From NCBI GenBank assembly GCA_036388595.1, contig DASVRN010000269.1, positions 1,628 through 65,627 of the forward strand: a stretch of DNA of 64,000 nucleotides, in the 5' to 3' direction. The position numbers were made by a program, and so were the translations under genes. Positions 33,988-42,811 of this stretch are shown one piece after another (position 1 is the first letter of the stretch; every line of letters begins with the position of its first letter). The stretch comes from Chloroflexia bacterium (lineage in GTDB: Bacteria; Chloroflexota; Chloroflexia; QHBQ01; JADMIH01). Below the pieces are notes generated by a model. That model had not been told where the DNA came from. It worked only from the letters and a program-made list of their open reading frames with translations, and made no database searches.

Positions 33988-35321
33988 TGCCCGCCACCCC
34001 TTTGCGCGAGGAGGGAGCGGTATAGCGCCTCTACCTGGGCGGAGACGGCCGGGGCCGCAAATTTGTCTTGCGCCCGCTGCCTGGCGCCACGACGCAGGCG
34101 GGCGTTTAGCTCAGCGTTGGTTACCACGGCCCTTGCGCCCGCGACAAACTCGTCAAGGTCACTGGCGAGCCAGCCGCTGGTGCCGTGCTCGATAACATCG
34201 GACGTGCCCCCGGTGTTGAGGGCTACTATCGCGGCACCTGCGGCACACCCTTCCAGGAGCACCCTGCTGAGGGGTTCCTGCCACGCGGAGGGGAACAGGA
34301 GCGCCACCGCCCTATTCATCAGCCTGAGCACGGCATCGTTGTCCAGCCAGTCATAGAAGCGGAAGTCGAGGCCCAGTTCAGCAGCCTCTGCCGCGAGGCT
34401 CTCCCGCCACGGCCCATCCCCTGCTACGACCACCGGCATGTCTACGGCGGCACGTGCAAGCACCTTCGGCAGTTGCCATGCTCCTTTGTTCGTATCCAGC
34501 TTGCCCGCGAATAGCAGGAACTTGTCCTCAGGGGATATGTCGTGCAGGGGCCACTCGCCGCCAAGTGCGCGGTCCACACCGGGCAGGTCCATCAGGTTGG
34601 GGATGACGTTCAGGCGAGAAGCAGGCACCCTACCGCTCCGTCTCAACTCGCGACCGACGTAGCTGCTAACGGCGATTACCGCGCCGACCTTTGCGAGGTT
34701 CCGGCTGTCAGCCAATGTGTTCAACCACCGTGCGAGGTCGAGTGGGATACGTGCCGCACCACGCAGGCCCTTTCGCTGGGCGCAACGAAGATGGATTGGC
34801 AAGCGGTGGCAATCTTCGCATTCAAACGCCTCGATATCCGATGCCTCAAAGAGCCTAGTGCTCACCGGACAAAGCGGCCAATAATCGCGCACCGTCACCA
34901 CGGACACGAAGTTGCTTCGTGCCCTCGAAGCCGCCCGCACAGCCGCTATGCCGGACACCTGGTGCTGTCCGTGCAGCACGTTTATAGTTCCGTTAGCGGC
35001 TAGGGACGCTGCTCGCTTCTCCAACAACCCTCGCGCTTTGCGTTGCGACCATGCTTTGCCTGCTCCTGCCCTCACCGCCCAGGCGGGAGGCTCAGGTACA
35101 AGCACCTCCTCTACCGCCAGTGCCTCATACCGTGTGGGACGCCGCGCGGGTTTGCGTACCTTGCTGCCATAGACGGGACGAAGCACGGTCACATGGTGCC
35201 CTCGCTCCGACAGCGCCTTGCCGAGATAGTACGTGCTCCAGCCGCTGCCACCACTTTTGGGAGGAAAAACGTCGGTGAGCAGGCACACACCCAGGTTTTC
35301 GGGCTGCGAGGAGTCACGCAT
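33984..35321 (-). CDS. GT4-family glycosyltransferase; start at ATG 35321 (MRDSS) to avoid the 160-nt overlap implied by the listed ORF
   Basis: LLTDVFPPKSGGSGWSTYYLGKALSERGHHVTVL N-domain; QEPLSRVLLEGCAAGAAIVALNTGGTSDVI. Confidence 0.7.
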   Translation of the reverse strand: MRDSSQPENLGVCLLTDVFPPKSGGSGWSTYYLGKALSERGHHVTVLRPVYGSKVRKPARRPTRYEALAVEEVLVPEPPAWAVRAGAGKAWSQRKARGLLEKRAASLAANGTINVLHGQHQVSGIAAVRAASRARSNFVSVVTVRDYWPLCPVSTRLFEASDIEAFECEDCHRLPIHLRCAQRKGLRGAARIPLDLARWLNTLADSRNLAKVGAVIAVSSYVGRELRRSGRVPASRLNVIPNLMDLPGVDRALGGEWPLHDISPEDKFLLFAGKLDTNKGAWQLPKVLARAAVDMPVVVAGDGPWRESLAAEAAELGLDFRFYDWLDNDAVLRLMNRAVALLFPSAWQEPLSRVLLEGCAAGAAIVALNTGGTSDVIEHGTSGWLASDLDEFVAGARAVVTNAELNARLRRGARQRAQDKFAAPAVSAQVEALYRSLLAQRGGGQ

Positions 35322-36501
35322 GAGCGATCTTCCGTAGGATGCGGTCGAGCGCGACACAGTGGGCCTGCCAGCTATAGCTCGCCACCACCCGTTGCCGCGC
35401 AGATGCTCCAACACTGTCGCGCAAATTGTGGTCCTGAGCAAGTCGCTCCAACGCCAAAGTGAGACCAACCACATCGCCCGTGCGGAATAGTAAGCCTTCC
35501 CTACCCTCTCGCACGATATCGTTCAGCGGCGGAATGTCGATAGTAACGACCGGCAGGGCCATAGCCATGTACTCGAATACCTTCAGCGGCGACCAGTAAA
35601 AGCCGAACTCCGCCAGCGGGGCGTGAGAAGCCACGTCGAAGGGTGCCACCCCGATGTCGGCCAGTGAGAGTAGTTCCGGGATGCGCTCGTGGGGTTGAGG
35701 CCCGGTAAAGACGAAGCGGCCCGGCGGCAATCCCCAGGAGGCCACCCGTGACTTCAATCCCTCAAGCTCCGGCCCACCGCCTACCGCCAGGAACGAGATG
35801 CCGCTACCAACTTGCACCAGTCGCCGCGCGGCCTCCGCGAAGTGCTCTACACCGTGCCAGCGTCGAAAGCTGCCCAGGAATACGGCTATGGGGTAGTCGA
35901 GCACCATGCCAAATTCGTCCGCGAGGGCCTGCTTCGCCGCACCCTGCAAGCGGTTCTCCGGGTCGAAACGCTCAATGTTGGCACCCCAGGGTAGTTCGTG
36001 GATCTTCTGGCGGGAAACTTCGGGCGGTACCGTGGTTGCCAGCGGCGTTACTATCGCGTCACTCCACCGGCCCTGGGTGGCCGCCCAGCGGCGCATCGAG
36101 CCAAGCAACAAGCCGTCGAGCCGCGTCTTCAGGCTGCCCGGCGGGTCGACCATAGGGGCGTTTACTTCGAGCAGCGAAGGTATACCTTGCCGGTGCGCCA
36201 GCATTACCCCAGCACCGGCGAAATTGTAGAAGCGTTCCATCACCACGTCAGGTCGGAAGCCCTGGATGGCGCGGCGCACCTTCGGCAGTCCCAACAGGGC
36301 GAACTCTTTGCGCCAGCGCAGGCCACTCACCGGCACATCGCACTCCAATTGCCCAGGTGCCGACTCCCCTTTGCTCTGCCTGGACAGCACAAGCACCTTA
36401 TGCTCTAGCTGTTGCAGCCCGCACGCCACCTCCTGAATATGTATTGAGCCGCCGGACGTGCCGAACGCTTCCACCGCTCCGGCCACGTACAGCACTCTCA
36501 C
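35314..36501 (-). CDS. GT4-family glycosyltransferase; GTG start inside a GTGA overlap with the upstream stop (VRVLYVAG...)
   Basis: FDVASHAPLAEFGFYWSPLKVFEYMAMALPVVTIDIPPLNDIV. Confidence 0.7.
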   Translation of the reverse strand: MRVLYVAGAVEAFGTSGGSIHIQEVACGLQQLEHKVLVLSRQSKGESAPGQLECDVPVSGLRWRKEFALLGLPKVRRAIQGFRPDVVMERFYNFAGAGVMLAHRQGIPSLLEVNAPMVDPPGSLKTRLDGLLLGSMRRWAATQGRWSDAIVTPLATTVPPEVSRQKIHELPWGANIERFDPENRLQGAAKQALADEFGMVLDYPIAVFLGSFRRWHGVEHFAEAARRLVQVGSGISFLAVGGGPELEGLKSRVASWGLPPGRFVFTGPQPHERIPELLSLADIGVAPFDVASHAPLAEFGFYWSPLKVFEYMAMALPVVTIDIPPLNDIVREGREGLLFRTGDVVGLTLALERLAQDHNLRDSVGASARQRVVASYSWQAHCVALDRILRKIAHA

Positions 36502-37595
36502 CCTGCCACCTCGCCGCCAACCTTCCGCGCCAGCACGAAGTACGGACCCGCCCGCCAGCTTCCAAAGAGCACCAGATCGAGCCACATTAGACGCGTGAGC
36601 AGCATCATCGCCTTGTATTCGGGGCCGCGCCTTACCAGCCGCTGCTTTACGTCGCGGCGCATAGCATCCTCTCCACCGCCGCCTGCCCCGTTCTGGCCTG
36701 GACTCGCTTGCGCCTTTCCCTTCATTCGTCGCATGGCCGATTCGGCCAGTTTCACCACCAGATTCTCGATGATGCTCTGGAATAGCCCGTTCCAGAAGAC
36801 CACCTTCTCAACCTGGAAGCCGCACTCGCACATCACCCTTTCCAGATCGGGGTAGGTCTCCAGGGCCTTGACGTGGTCCGACTTGCGGAGGCGGTCGCGA
36901 GTGTCGTCCAATACGCCACGTTCGCCAAGCCAGCGGGAGAGCCGCCGGACGGTCCGCACGATGAAGTCCAGGCGGGAACCCTCGCGGGTGTTAGAGAAGA
37001 GGAAGAGCCGCCCGGTGCCATCCAGCACGCGGTTGGCCTCGCTGAGGAAGGCACGAATGTCTTCCAGCGGCAGGTGCTCCAGTACGTCGATGGACATAGC
37101 GGCGGTGAAGGTGCCATCGGGGAACGGCAGCACGCGGGCATCGGACAGGCACAGGTCGAGGCCCTGCAACGCCTCCCGTGCGAAAAGCGGGGCCGGATCG
37201 ACGCCCACCGCCCACTCGACCGTCTTCCTGTTCCAGAAGACGAACTTGCCGTTACCGCAGCCTAACTCAATCAGGCGGTCCTGGGCACTGGGCCTGAGCA
37301 TCTCGAGGATGGCACGTTGGCGAACGGCAGCCCCCAGGAGCGGTATGCCGATACGCTTGTAGTCGAGGGCCGCGTCGAACTCATCTCCGTGCGAAACGTA
37401 GAGGGAGGTGTGCTGCCCGCGCTCCGGGGGCATCAGCTCGATGTAACCTGCCGGGTTCATGCGGTAGCGGCTCTCACAGCGCGGACACTGAAGCGCACTC
37501 CTCCAACGGCGGGTGAGTGAGGTGCCGGTGCCCCAGCGTTGTATGCACTCCGGGTTGACGCAGCAAACGGTCCGGAGCAGTCTGTCAGAGATCAA
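36498..37595 (-). CDS. Class I SAM-dependent methyltransferase with an N-terminal Cys4 zinc-ribbon
   Basis: CCVNPEC...CPRCESRY zinc ribbon; motif I LIELGCGNGKF; motif region SIDVLEHLP. Confidence 0.7.
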   Translation of the reverse strand: MISDRLLRTVCCVNPECIQRWGTGTSLTRRWRSALQCPRCESRYRMNPAGYIELMPPERGQHTSLYVSHGDEFDAALDYKRIGIPLLGAAVRQRAILEMLRPSAQDRLIELGCGNGKFVFWNRKTVEWAVGVDPAPLFAREALQGLDLCLSDARVLPFPDGTFTAAMSIDVLEHLPLEDIRAFLSEANRVLDGTGRLFLFSNTREGSRLDFIVRTVRRLSRWLGERGVLDDTRDRLRKSDHVKALETYPDLERVMCECGFQVEKVVFWNGLFQSIIENLVVKLAESAMRRMKGKAQASPGQNGAGGGGEDAMRRDVKQRLVRRGPEYKAMMLLTRLMWLDLVLFGSWRAGPYFVLARKVGGEVAG

Positions 37596-37681
37596 TGTGG
37601 TGTCTCACGTTGGATTTGTTGGCTAAGGCGCGTTCCATGTCGCTGCCCTGCCGGGATTCTAGCACCCGCACAGGGGAGCCG

Positions 37682-39136
37682 TCAACGCGGGCCTGTCTCG
37701 CTGTAGAACGTCTCGCGGTCGGTGATGTAGGTCCAGAGCAGGCGGACCACCTTGGTAGGCATCTCAAGCTGTCCGCTCAGCACCCGCGCCCAGTCAAGTC
37801 CCTGGCGCTGATCCGAGGTCCAAAGCGCGTACTGGATGAGCAAGCCGCCGTTCCACGCCACGAACAGGGCAGCCAGGGCACCCAAAGCCCACTTCGGCGC
37901 GCCGTTCGCCAGCAGCCACGAAGCCAGTGCTACCAGACCCAACACCAATATGGCGGTGCTGTTGATGAACCGCCGCTGCCCGAACGACCCCGCGCTCTGC
38001 CATGTGAGGAAGGAGCCTGCGATGTACACTTGCACGAAGAAGGCAACCGCAAGCGCGCATGTTAGCAGCCGGTCGTGCCTCCAGAGGAAGAATAACCCCA
38101 CAAGCGCGACCGCCACAATGGGCGTCCAGGGTACCAGGCCATGGTCGGGCGCGAACAGCACGTTCAAGGCATTGGGAGAGGTCCAGTTGAACTTGCTGGA
38201 CACCACTTTTGACGGGCCGAACTGGCCCGTGATTACCCGGTACGCGATGAGTTGCGGGATGAATACGAATGCAGCCGTGACGCCCATCAAGATAAAGCCT
38301 GCGATAGGTCGCAGCAGAGCATTACGGTCGGCCAGTCCTCTCTTGCGCAACTGAGTGAGCAAGCGGACTGCCACTTCCAGCCCAGGCACGATAAGGAAGA
38401 GCGCGTCCTGCTCCCGTACCAGCATCATCAGACCCGCGAACGCGCCCAGCAGCAGCCATTCGCGCCACTCGCGCCCGCTATCTCGCTTCGTACGCAGCCA
38501 GTACCAGAGGAAGAGGGTAACTGTGAAAAGCGAGGTGGCATGCGACCAGGGAGGAGCTATGACCGTGTAGAAGACCAACGGCGTAGCAAGCCAGATGGTG
38601 GCTACTCCCACCGCCGACACTCGCTTGCCGAACAACCGCCGCGACATCAAGTAGCACAGCAGCAGCCCCGCGCAGCCCAGCAAGTACGACGTGAGGCAAA
38701 TCGCGGTGATGTAGGGCTGCGAGTAGCCATTGGCGGGTATATTGGCACCCAGGCTATTGCCCGCTGTAACGAACAGGTGCGCCACGGCATAGGCAGGCAG
38801 CCAGAACAGGCCCGTGCCTATTGGCGCGACGTTGATGGGGAGGCCCGTAAGGGCTTCCTTCTTCAGGTAGAGATCGGTGTAAATAGCTCCAAACTTGGCA
38901 GGGTTCGAGGAGTAGAAGTGCATGTACTCGTTGCTGAAGTCCATATCCAGGTCGAAGAAGAGGGAGCGGGTGTAAGCGAAGTACTGTATCTCGTCGCTGG
39001 CGTATATGCGGTGGGTGGCGAACGGGGCCACCACGGCGAATAGAACAAGCAGGGCGACGAGCGCGCGGTCGTCCCACCAGCGAGCGGTCGTGTCGCGGCT
39101 GCTGATTACTGGCGTTGGTCTCACAACTGCCGTCAA
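37682..39136 (-). CDS. GT-C-fold polytopic membrane glycosyltransferase-like protein (PMT/ArnT-type first-loop acidic motif)
   Basis: 11-12 TM; first extracytoplasmic loop carries ASDEIQYFAYTRSLFFDLD, resembling the DE/DD motif of GT39/GT83 enzymes. Confidence 0.45.
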   Translation of the reverse strand: MTAVVRPTPVISSRDTTARWWDDRALVALLVLFAVVAPFATHRIYASDEIQYFAYTRSLFFDLDMDFSNEYMHFYSSNPAKFGAIYTDLYLKKEALTGLPINVAPIGTGLFWLPAYAVAHLFVTAGNSLGANIPANGYSQPYITAICLTSYLLGCAGLLLCYLMSRRLFGKRVSAVGVATIWLATPLVFYTVIAPPWSHATSLFTVTLFLWYWLRTKRDSGREWREWLLLGAFAGLMMLVREQDALFLIVPGLEVAVRLLTQLRKRGLADRNALLRPIAGFILMGVTAAFVFIPQLIAYRVITGQFGPSKVVSSKFNWTSPNALNVLFAPDHGLVPWTPIVAVALVGLFFLWRHDRLLTCALAVAFFVQVYIAGSFLTWQSAGSFGQRRFINSTAILVLGLVALASWLLANGAPKWALGALAALFVAWNGGLLIQYALWTSDQRQGLDWARVLSGQLEMPTKVVRLLWTYITDRETFYSETGPR

Positions 39137-40335
39137 CTCCGCACCACCGCTGCTATCTTTTCGGCCCGTGCCCGGTAGGTGTATTCGGTTGAACGCTGCA
39201 ACGCGGTTGCACCAAGCTTGCGAGCGGCTTCTGGATCATCAAGCACACTAATAAGTGCCGCAGCCATAGCTTCTATGCTGCCAGCCTCGAAAAATACTGC
39301 CGAGTCGTCGTCCAGTATCTCACGCAACGCGGGCATATCTTTGCACACAATCGGCTTGCCCACTGCCATGTACTCGAACAGCTTGAGGGGCGAAGCGGTC
39401 ATGGTAGTGACCGTGTCGGGGATGACCAGCACGTCCGAAGCGTTCAAGTAGCGGGCGGACGCGGGCTGCGACACCTGTCCGGGGAACAGCACCTTCTCGT
39501 CGGGGATGCCGCACCGCCGCGCAAGCTCCTTTAGCTCAGCTATCTCATGCGCCCTGCCACCCACCAGCACCAGCAACGCCTCGGGGTGCCTGTGTCGCAC
39601 CTGGGCGAAAGCCTGTACCAGCAGGTCGAGGCCCCTGTAGGCGAAAGTCAGCCCGGTATACCCTACTATCGGGACTTCCTGGGGCAAATCTAGTTCAGCT
39701 CTGGCAGACCTGGGGTCGGAGGGGAAATATACTTCAGGGTCGTAAGCGTCGGGTATGACGGCCACTTGCTCCGGCTGCCGCAGCCGCTTGGTTGCCGCCC
39801 AGGCCCTGAAGGCTTGCGTCAGCGATACGAGTCTGTCGCTTCGGGTGAGAGCCGCGCGGTCGAGCCAGGGGAGGAAGCGCCGCCAGAAGGCACGAGGCCA
39901 CCGGGAGGCTTTGCTTGGGTGGGAGGCTTCAAGGTCGTGCACTTCGTATATAACGCGGCTGCCGTGGAGGGGTCGCAGGACGGCCAGCCAGGCAGCACAT
40001 ACCGCATCTCGGATGTAGAGCATCCGGTAACGCCTGCCAGTAAGCCTCCACACCATGAGCAGTACCAGGAGCATAAAGGCGTAAACAGTACGCTCGATGT
40101 ATGACCATCCCGCCCACGGCAGGAACTTCGACAGCTTGTTGGCGGCGGGGCGGGGCAGGTGCAACGCTCCCAACTCCGCAAAGGCGCTAGGCTCGCGCAG
40201 CCACCGTGGCACGACCAGACGCACGCCAGGCATCATACGCTGAAGCTCGCGCACGGTGCTGTACGTCTGGATGGCGTTGGCGGCACCCAGGTCGAGCCGC
40301 ATAGGGTAGGCTACGTAGAGGAGGGTGCGAGACAC
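39133..40335 (-). CDS. GT4-family glycosyltransferase (GTG start preceded by GGAGG, 7-nt spacer)
   Basis: SPLKLFEYMAVGKPIVCKDMPALREIL. Confidence 0.7.
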   Translation of the reverse strand: MSRTLLYVAYPMRLDLGAANAIQTYSTVRELQRMMPGVRLVVPRWLREPSAFAELGALHLPRPAANKLSKFLPWAGWSYIERTVYAFMLLVLLMVWRLTGRRYRMLYIRDAVCAAWLAVLRPLHGSRVIYEVHDLEASHPSKASRWPRAFWRRFLPWLDRAALTRSDRLVSLTQAFRAWAATKRLRQPEQVAVIPDAYDPEVYFPSDPRSARAELDLPQEVPIVGYTGLTFAYRGLDLLVQAFAQVRHRHPEALLVLVGGRAHEIAELKELARRCGIPDEKVLFPGQVSQPASARYLNASDVLVIPDTVTTMTASPLKLFEYMAVGKPIVCKDMPALREILDDDSAVFFEAGSIEAMAAALISVLDDPEAARKLGATALQRSTEYTYRARAEKIAAVVRS

Positions 40336-41456
40336 CTGTAGACCTCCTCCAGTCGGTCGGCCACCGCCTTCCAGCTAAACATATCCAACACGCGACGTCT
40401 CCCCGCCTGCCCCATCCTGTCACGAAGCTGCGGACTTGCTAGCAGGGCGGTGATCTTGACCGCAAGGTCGCGTGGGTCTTGGGGGCTGACCCTGAACCCC
40501 GTTTCTCCCTCCACGACGACCTCTCGGAAGCCCCCGAAGTCGGAGGCTACCACCGGGGTGCCGCACGCCATGGCTTCGCACAGGGCCATACCGAACGTCT
40601 CATTCACGAAGGAAGTGGCTACCAGCATGGCGCAGTTGCGGTAGAGGGCCGCAAGTTCGTCCTGCCCCAGTCTGCCCAGAAAGCGTACCCTATCGTCCAC
40701 ACCAAGCTCTGCTGCCATCTTCTGCAAGACTGGTCCGTACTCACCCTCACCCGCAATCCAGAGCACGGTGTTCTCGGGTACAATCTCCGTCATCGCCTTG
40801 ATGAGGTATTCCACACCTTTCCAGCGCACCAGGCGTCCCGCGTAGAGGATGGCGGGGGCTTCCGTCGTGGACCGGGTAAGTCCGTATGCCGCCAGAACTT
40901 GAGCATCATTTGGGCCTTCAGGGGTGAACCTTTCCAGGTCAACCCCATTATAGACTACCACGGGATCGATCCCATATCTTGCCTGCACCTGCTCCGCGTT
41001 GAAATGGCTGGCCGAGACGGAGCCGCCCGCGAACCGCACGAACAGCTTGTCGCCGGGCCAGAAGTCCTTGCCGTGGCAGCCGAACAGGAGCTTCGCGCCG
41101 CTCAACCTGGCGAGTGCCCCCACCGGTAGGTCGTAGGGCTTCTGGATGTGCACGATGTCGAACCTTCCGCCGAACAGCGCGGGCAGTGCAAACGGAGCCA
41201 TCGACAGCCGTTCTAGGAGCTTGGTCAAGCCATACTGGCGGCTCATCAGGGGCAGCTTGCGCCACGCGTCTCTGTCGATATAGGGGAAGAGACGGACGCG
41301 CACTCCCGGTATGCGCCTGCGCTCTCCAGAGCCACGCCCGCCGAAGATGGTCACTTTATGCCCGCGTGAGGCCATTTGCGCGGCCACCTCCCATACGAAG
41401 GTCTCGACCCCGCCCCACCTGGTGGTAGTGGTCAGGTTGTAGAGGGCGATCTTCAC
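40311..41456 (-). CDS. GT4-family glycosyltransferase
   Basis: MKIALYNLTTTTRWGGVETFV N-domain; FVNETFGMALCEAMACGTPVVASDFGGFREVV. Confidence 0.75.
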   Translation of the reverse strand: MKIALYNLTTTTRWGGVETFVWEVAAQMASRGHKVTIFGGRGSGERRRIPGVRVRLFPYIDRDAWRKLPLMSRQYGLTKLLERLSMAPFALPALFGGRFDIVHIQKPYDLPVGALARLSGAKLLFGCHGKDFWPGDKLFVRFAGGSVSASHFNAEQVQARYGIDPVVVYNGVDLERFTPEGPNDAQVLAAYGLTRSTTEAPAILYAGRLVRWKGVEYLIKAMTEIVPENTVLWIAGEGEYGPVLQKMAAELGVDDRVRFLGRLGQDELAALYRNCAMLVATSFVNETFGMALCEAMACGTPVVASDFGGFREVVVEGETGFRVSPQDPRDLAVKITALLASPQLRDRMGQAGRRRVLDMFSWKAVADRLEEVYRCLAPSST

Positions 41457-42460
41457 CTGGGCTTTACCAGCATGACCTGGTAGGTACCCTGCCAGCCATA
41501 CCTGTAGATGCGATAGAACGGGTCAACCAGCCGCAGCCCGCGCATCAGGTTCAGGAGCGTACGACGCAAGCCGTGTAGCTGCCGGATTTCCCCGGTGAGG
41601 ATGCGATGCCGCACCTGGTCGCGGACGCGAAAGCCCTTGCTCGAAGCCAGCCGAGCGAACGCAGCCCAGGTGTAGGTGTTAAGCTCCGAGTGCTCCTGCC
41701 GGTCCTGTAGAGGACCACCACTCTTGGAGCGGCCCGCACGCCTGATGACCTGCTCGGAGATAGGAGCGGGCAGCCAGTTGATAAGGGGCAGGTGGTAGTG
41801 TGGGTCGCGGAAGGCCCGGCGATTGGGCACGGTGGTCAGCACCACGCCGCCCGGCTTGAGCACCCTGTATATCTCACTCAGTACCGCCTCAACGTCTTGT
41901 ACGTGTTCCAGCACGTCCATGCACAGCACCACCCCGAACTGTCCGTCACCGTAAGGTAGCTTCTCACCCGCAGCCACAGTCAAGGGCAGGCCTAGGCTAT
42001 AGCGTCGCGCCCGCAAACGGGCAATTTGCGCGTAAGCTGGATTGTAGTCCGTGGCCTGCACCTCCAGGCCATTGTCCCCATACTCGCGCAGAAGGGCCAC
42101 CGAGAGGCCACCCATCCCGGCACCCAGGTCCAGCAGGCGAGTACCCTCCACGCGTAAGCCGAGCACCGGACGGATGTCACGCAGGTTGGCCTCCTGATGG
42201 TCCTCCTGCCAGATGCGACGTTCGCGCCAGCTATCGAAGTCGGCGCGCCACTTCATATGCTGCAACCACGGCTCGATAGCCTCCACTAAACTGGCCTCAA
42301 GCTCAGGGCTGGAAGTGGGCGGTACTATGTGGTTGCCTGCGTCCCTCGTAGCGGTTTCTACTGCCAATGTGTAGCCTCTGTCCGTGAAATTAGGGCCTAC
42401 GCGCCGCCATCGGCTCCCGGAGCGGCGTCCTGCTCGTCCTGCGAGTTGCGGCGTAGCCAA
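41453..42460 (-). CDS. Class I SAM-dependent methyltransferase (start uncertain; the listed start overlaps the DUF971 gene by 64 nt)
   Basis: LLDLGAGMGGLSVAL motif I; VVLCMDVLEHVQD; LKPGGVVLTTVPN. Confidence 0.65.
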   Translation of the reverse strand: MATPQLAGRAGRRSGSRWRRVGPNFTDRGYTLAVETATRDAGNHIVPPTSSPELEASLVEAIEPWLQHMKWRADFDSWRERRIWQEDHQEANLRDIRPVLGLRVEGTRLLDLGAGMGGLSVALLREYGDNGLEVQATDYNPAYAQIARLRARRYSLGLPLTVAAGEKLPYGDGQFGVVLCMDVLEHVQDVEAVLSEIYRVLKPGGVVLTTVPNRRAFRDPHYHLPLINWLPAPISEQVIRRAGRSKSGGPLQDRQEHSELNTYTWAAFARLASSKGFRVRDQVRHRILTGEIRQLHGLRRTLLNLMRGLRLVDPFYRIYRYGWQGTYQVMLVKPR

Positions 42461-42759
42461 TCGTACGTGTAGATGCCGTCGTGGTGCCCGTCGGCCCAGA
42501 AGAACATGATCGCGTACCTGCCGATTTGCTCCGCGCCCTGCATAGTGGTCTCCTGGGGGCTAAGCTCCTTCACGAAATCGAGCCGGCCGGGAGCGCCCAT
42601 CTCGCCCCGGCAAAGCGCGCATGGGCACTGCCACCGAAGCCAGTCCACCGAGTACTGAGTTACCTTGCCGTCGCTCCAGTTGATGTGGAGCCGGTTGTCA
42701 GCCTCGACCAGCTCAACGCCGATTGGCTCTATGGGATTGTAGTCTTGCGTGCTGTTCAT
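42397..42759 (-). CDS. DUF971 (gamma-butyrobetaine hydroxylase N-terminal-like) small Cys-containing protein
   Basis: LHINWSDGKVTQYSVDWLRWQCPCALCRGE...YAIMFFWADGHHDGIYTYDWLRRN fits PF06155. Confidence 0.5.
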   Translation of the reverse strand: MNSTQDYNPIEPIGVELVEADNRLHINWSDGKVTQYSVDWLRWQCPCALCRGEMGAPGRLDFVKELSPQETTMQGAEQIGRYAIMFFWADGHHDGIYTYDWLRRNSQDEQDAAPGADGGA

Positions 42760-42811
42760 CTTACCACCTAACTATTGTGGGGAGTGAGAGGTCCCACCCT
42801 CTTATTCATTG

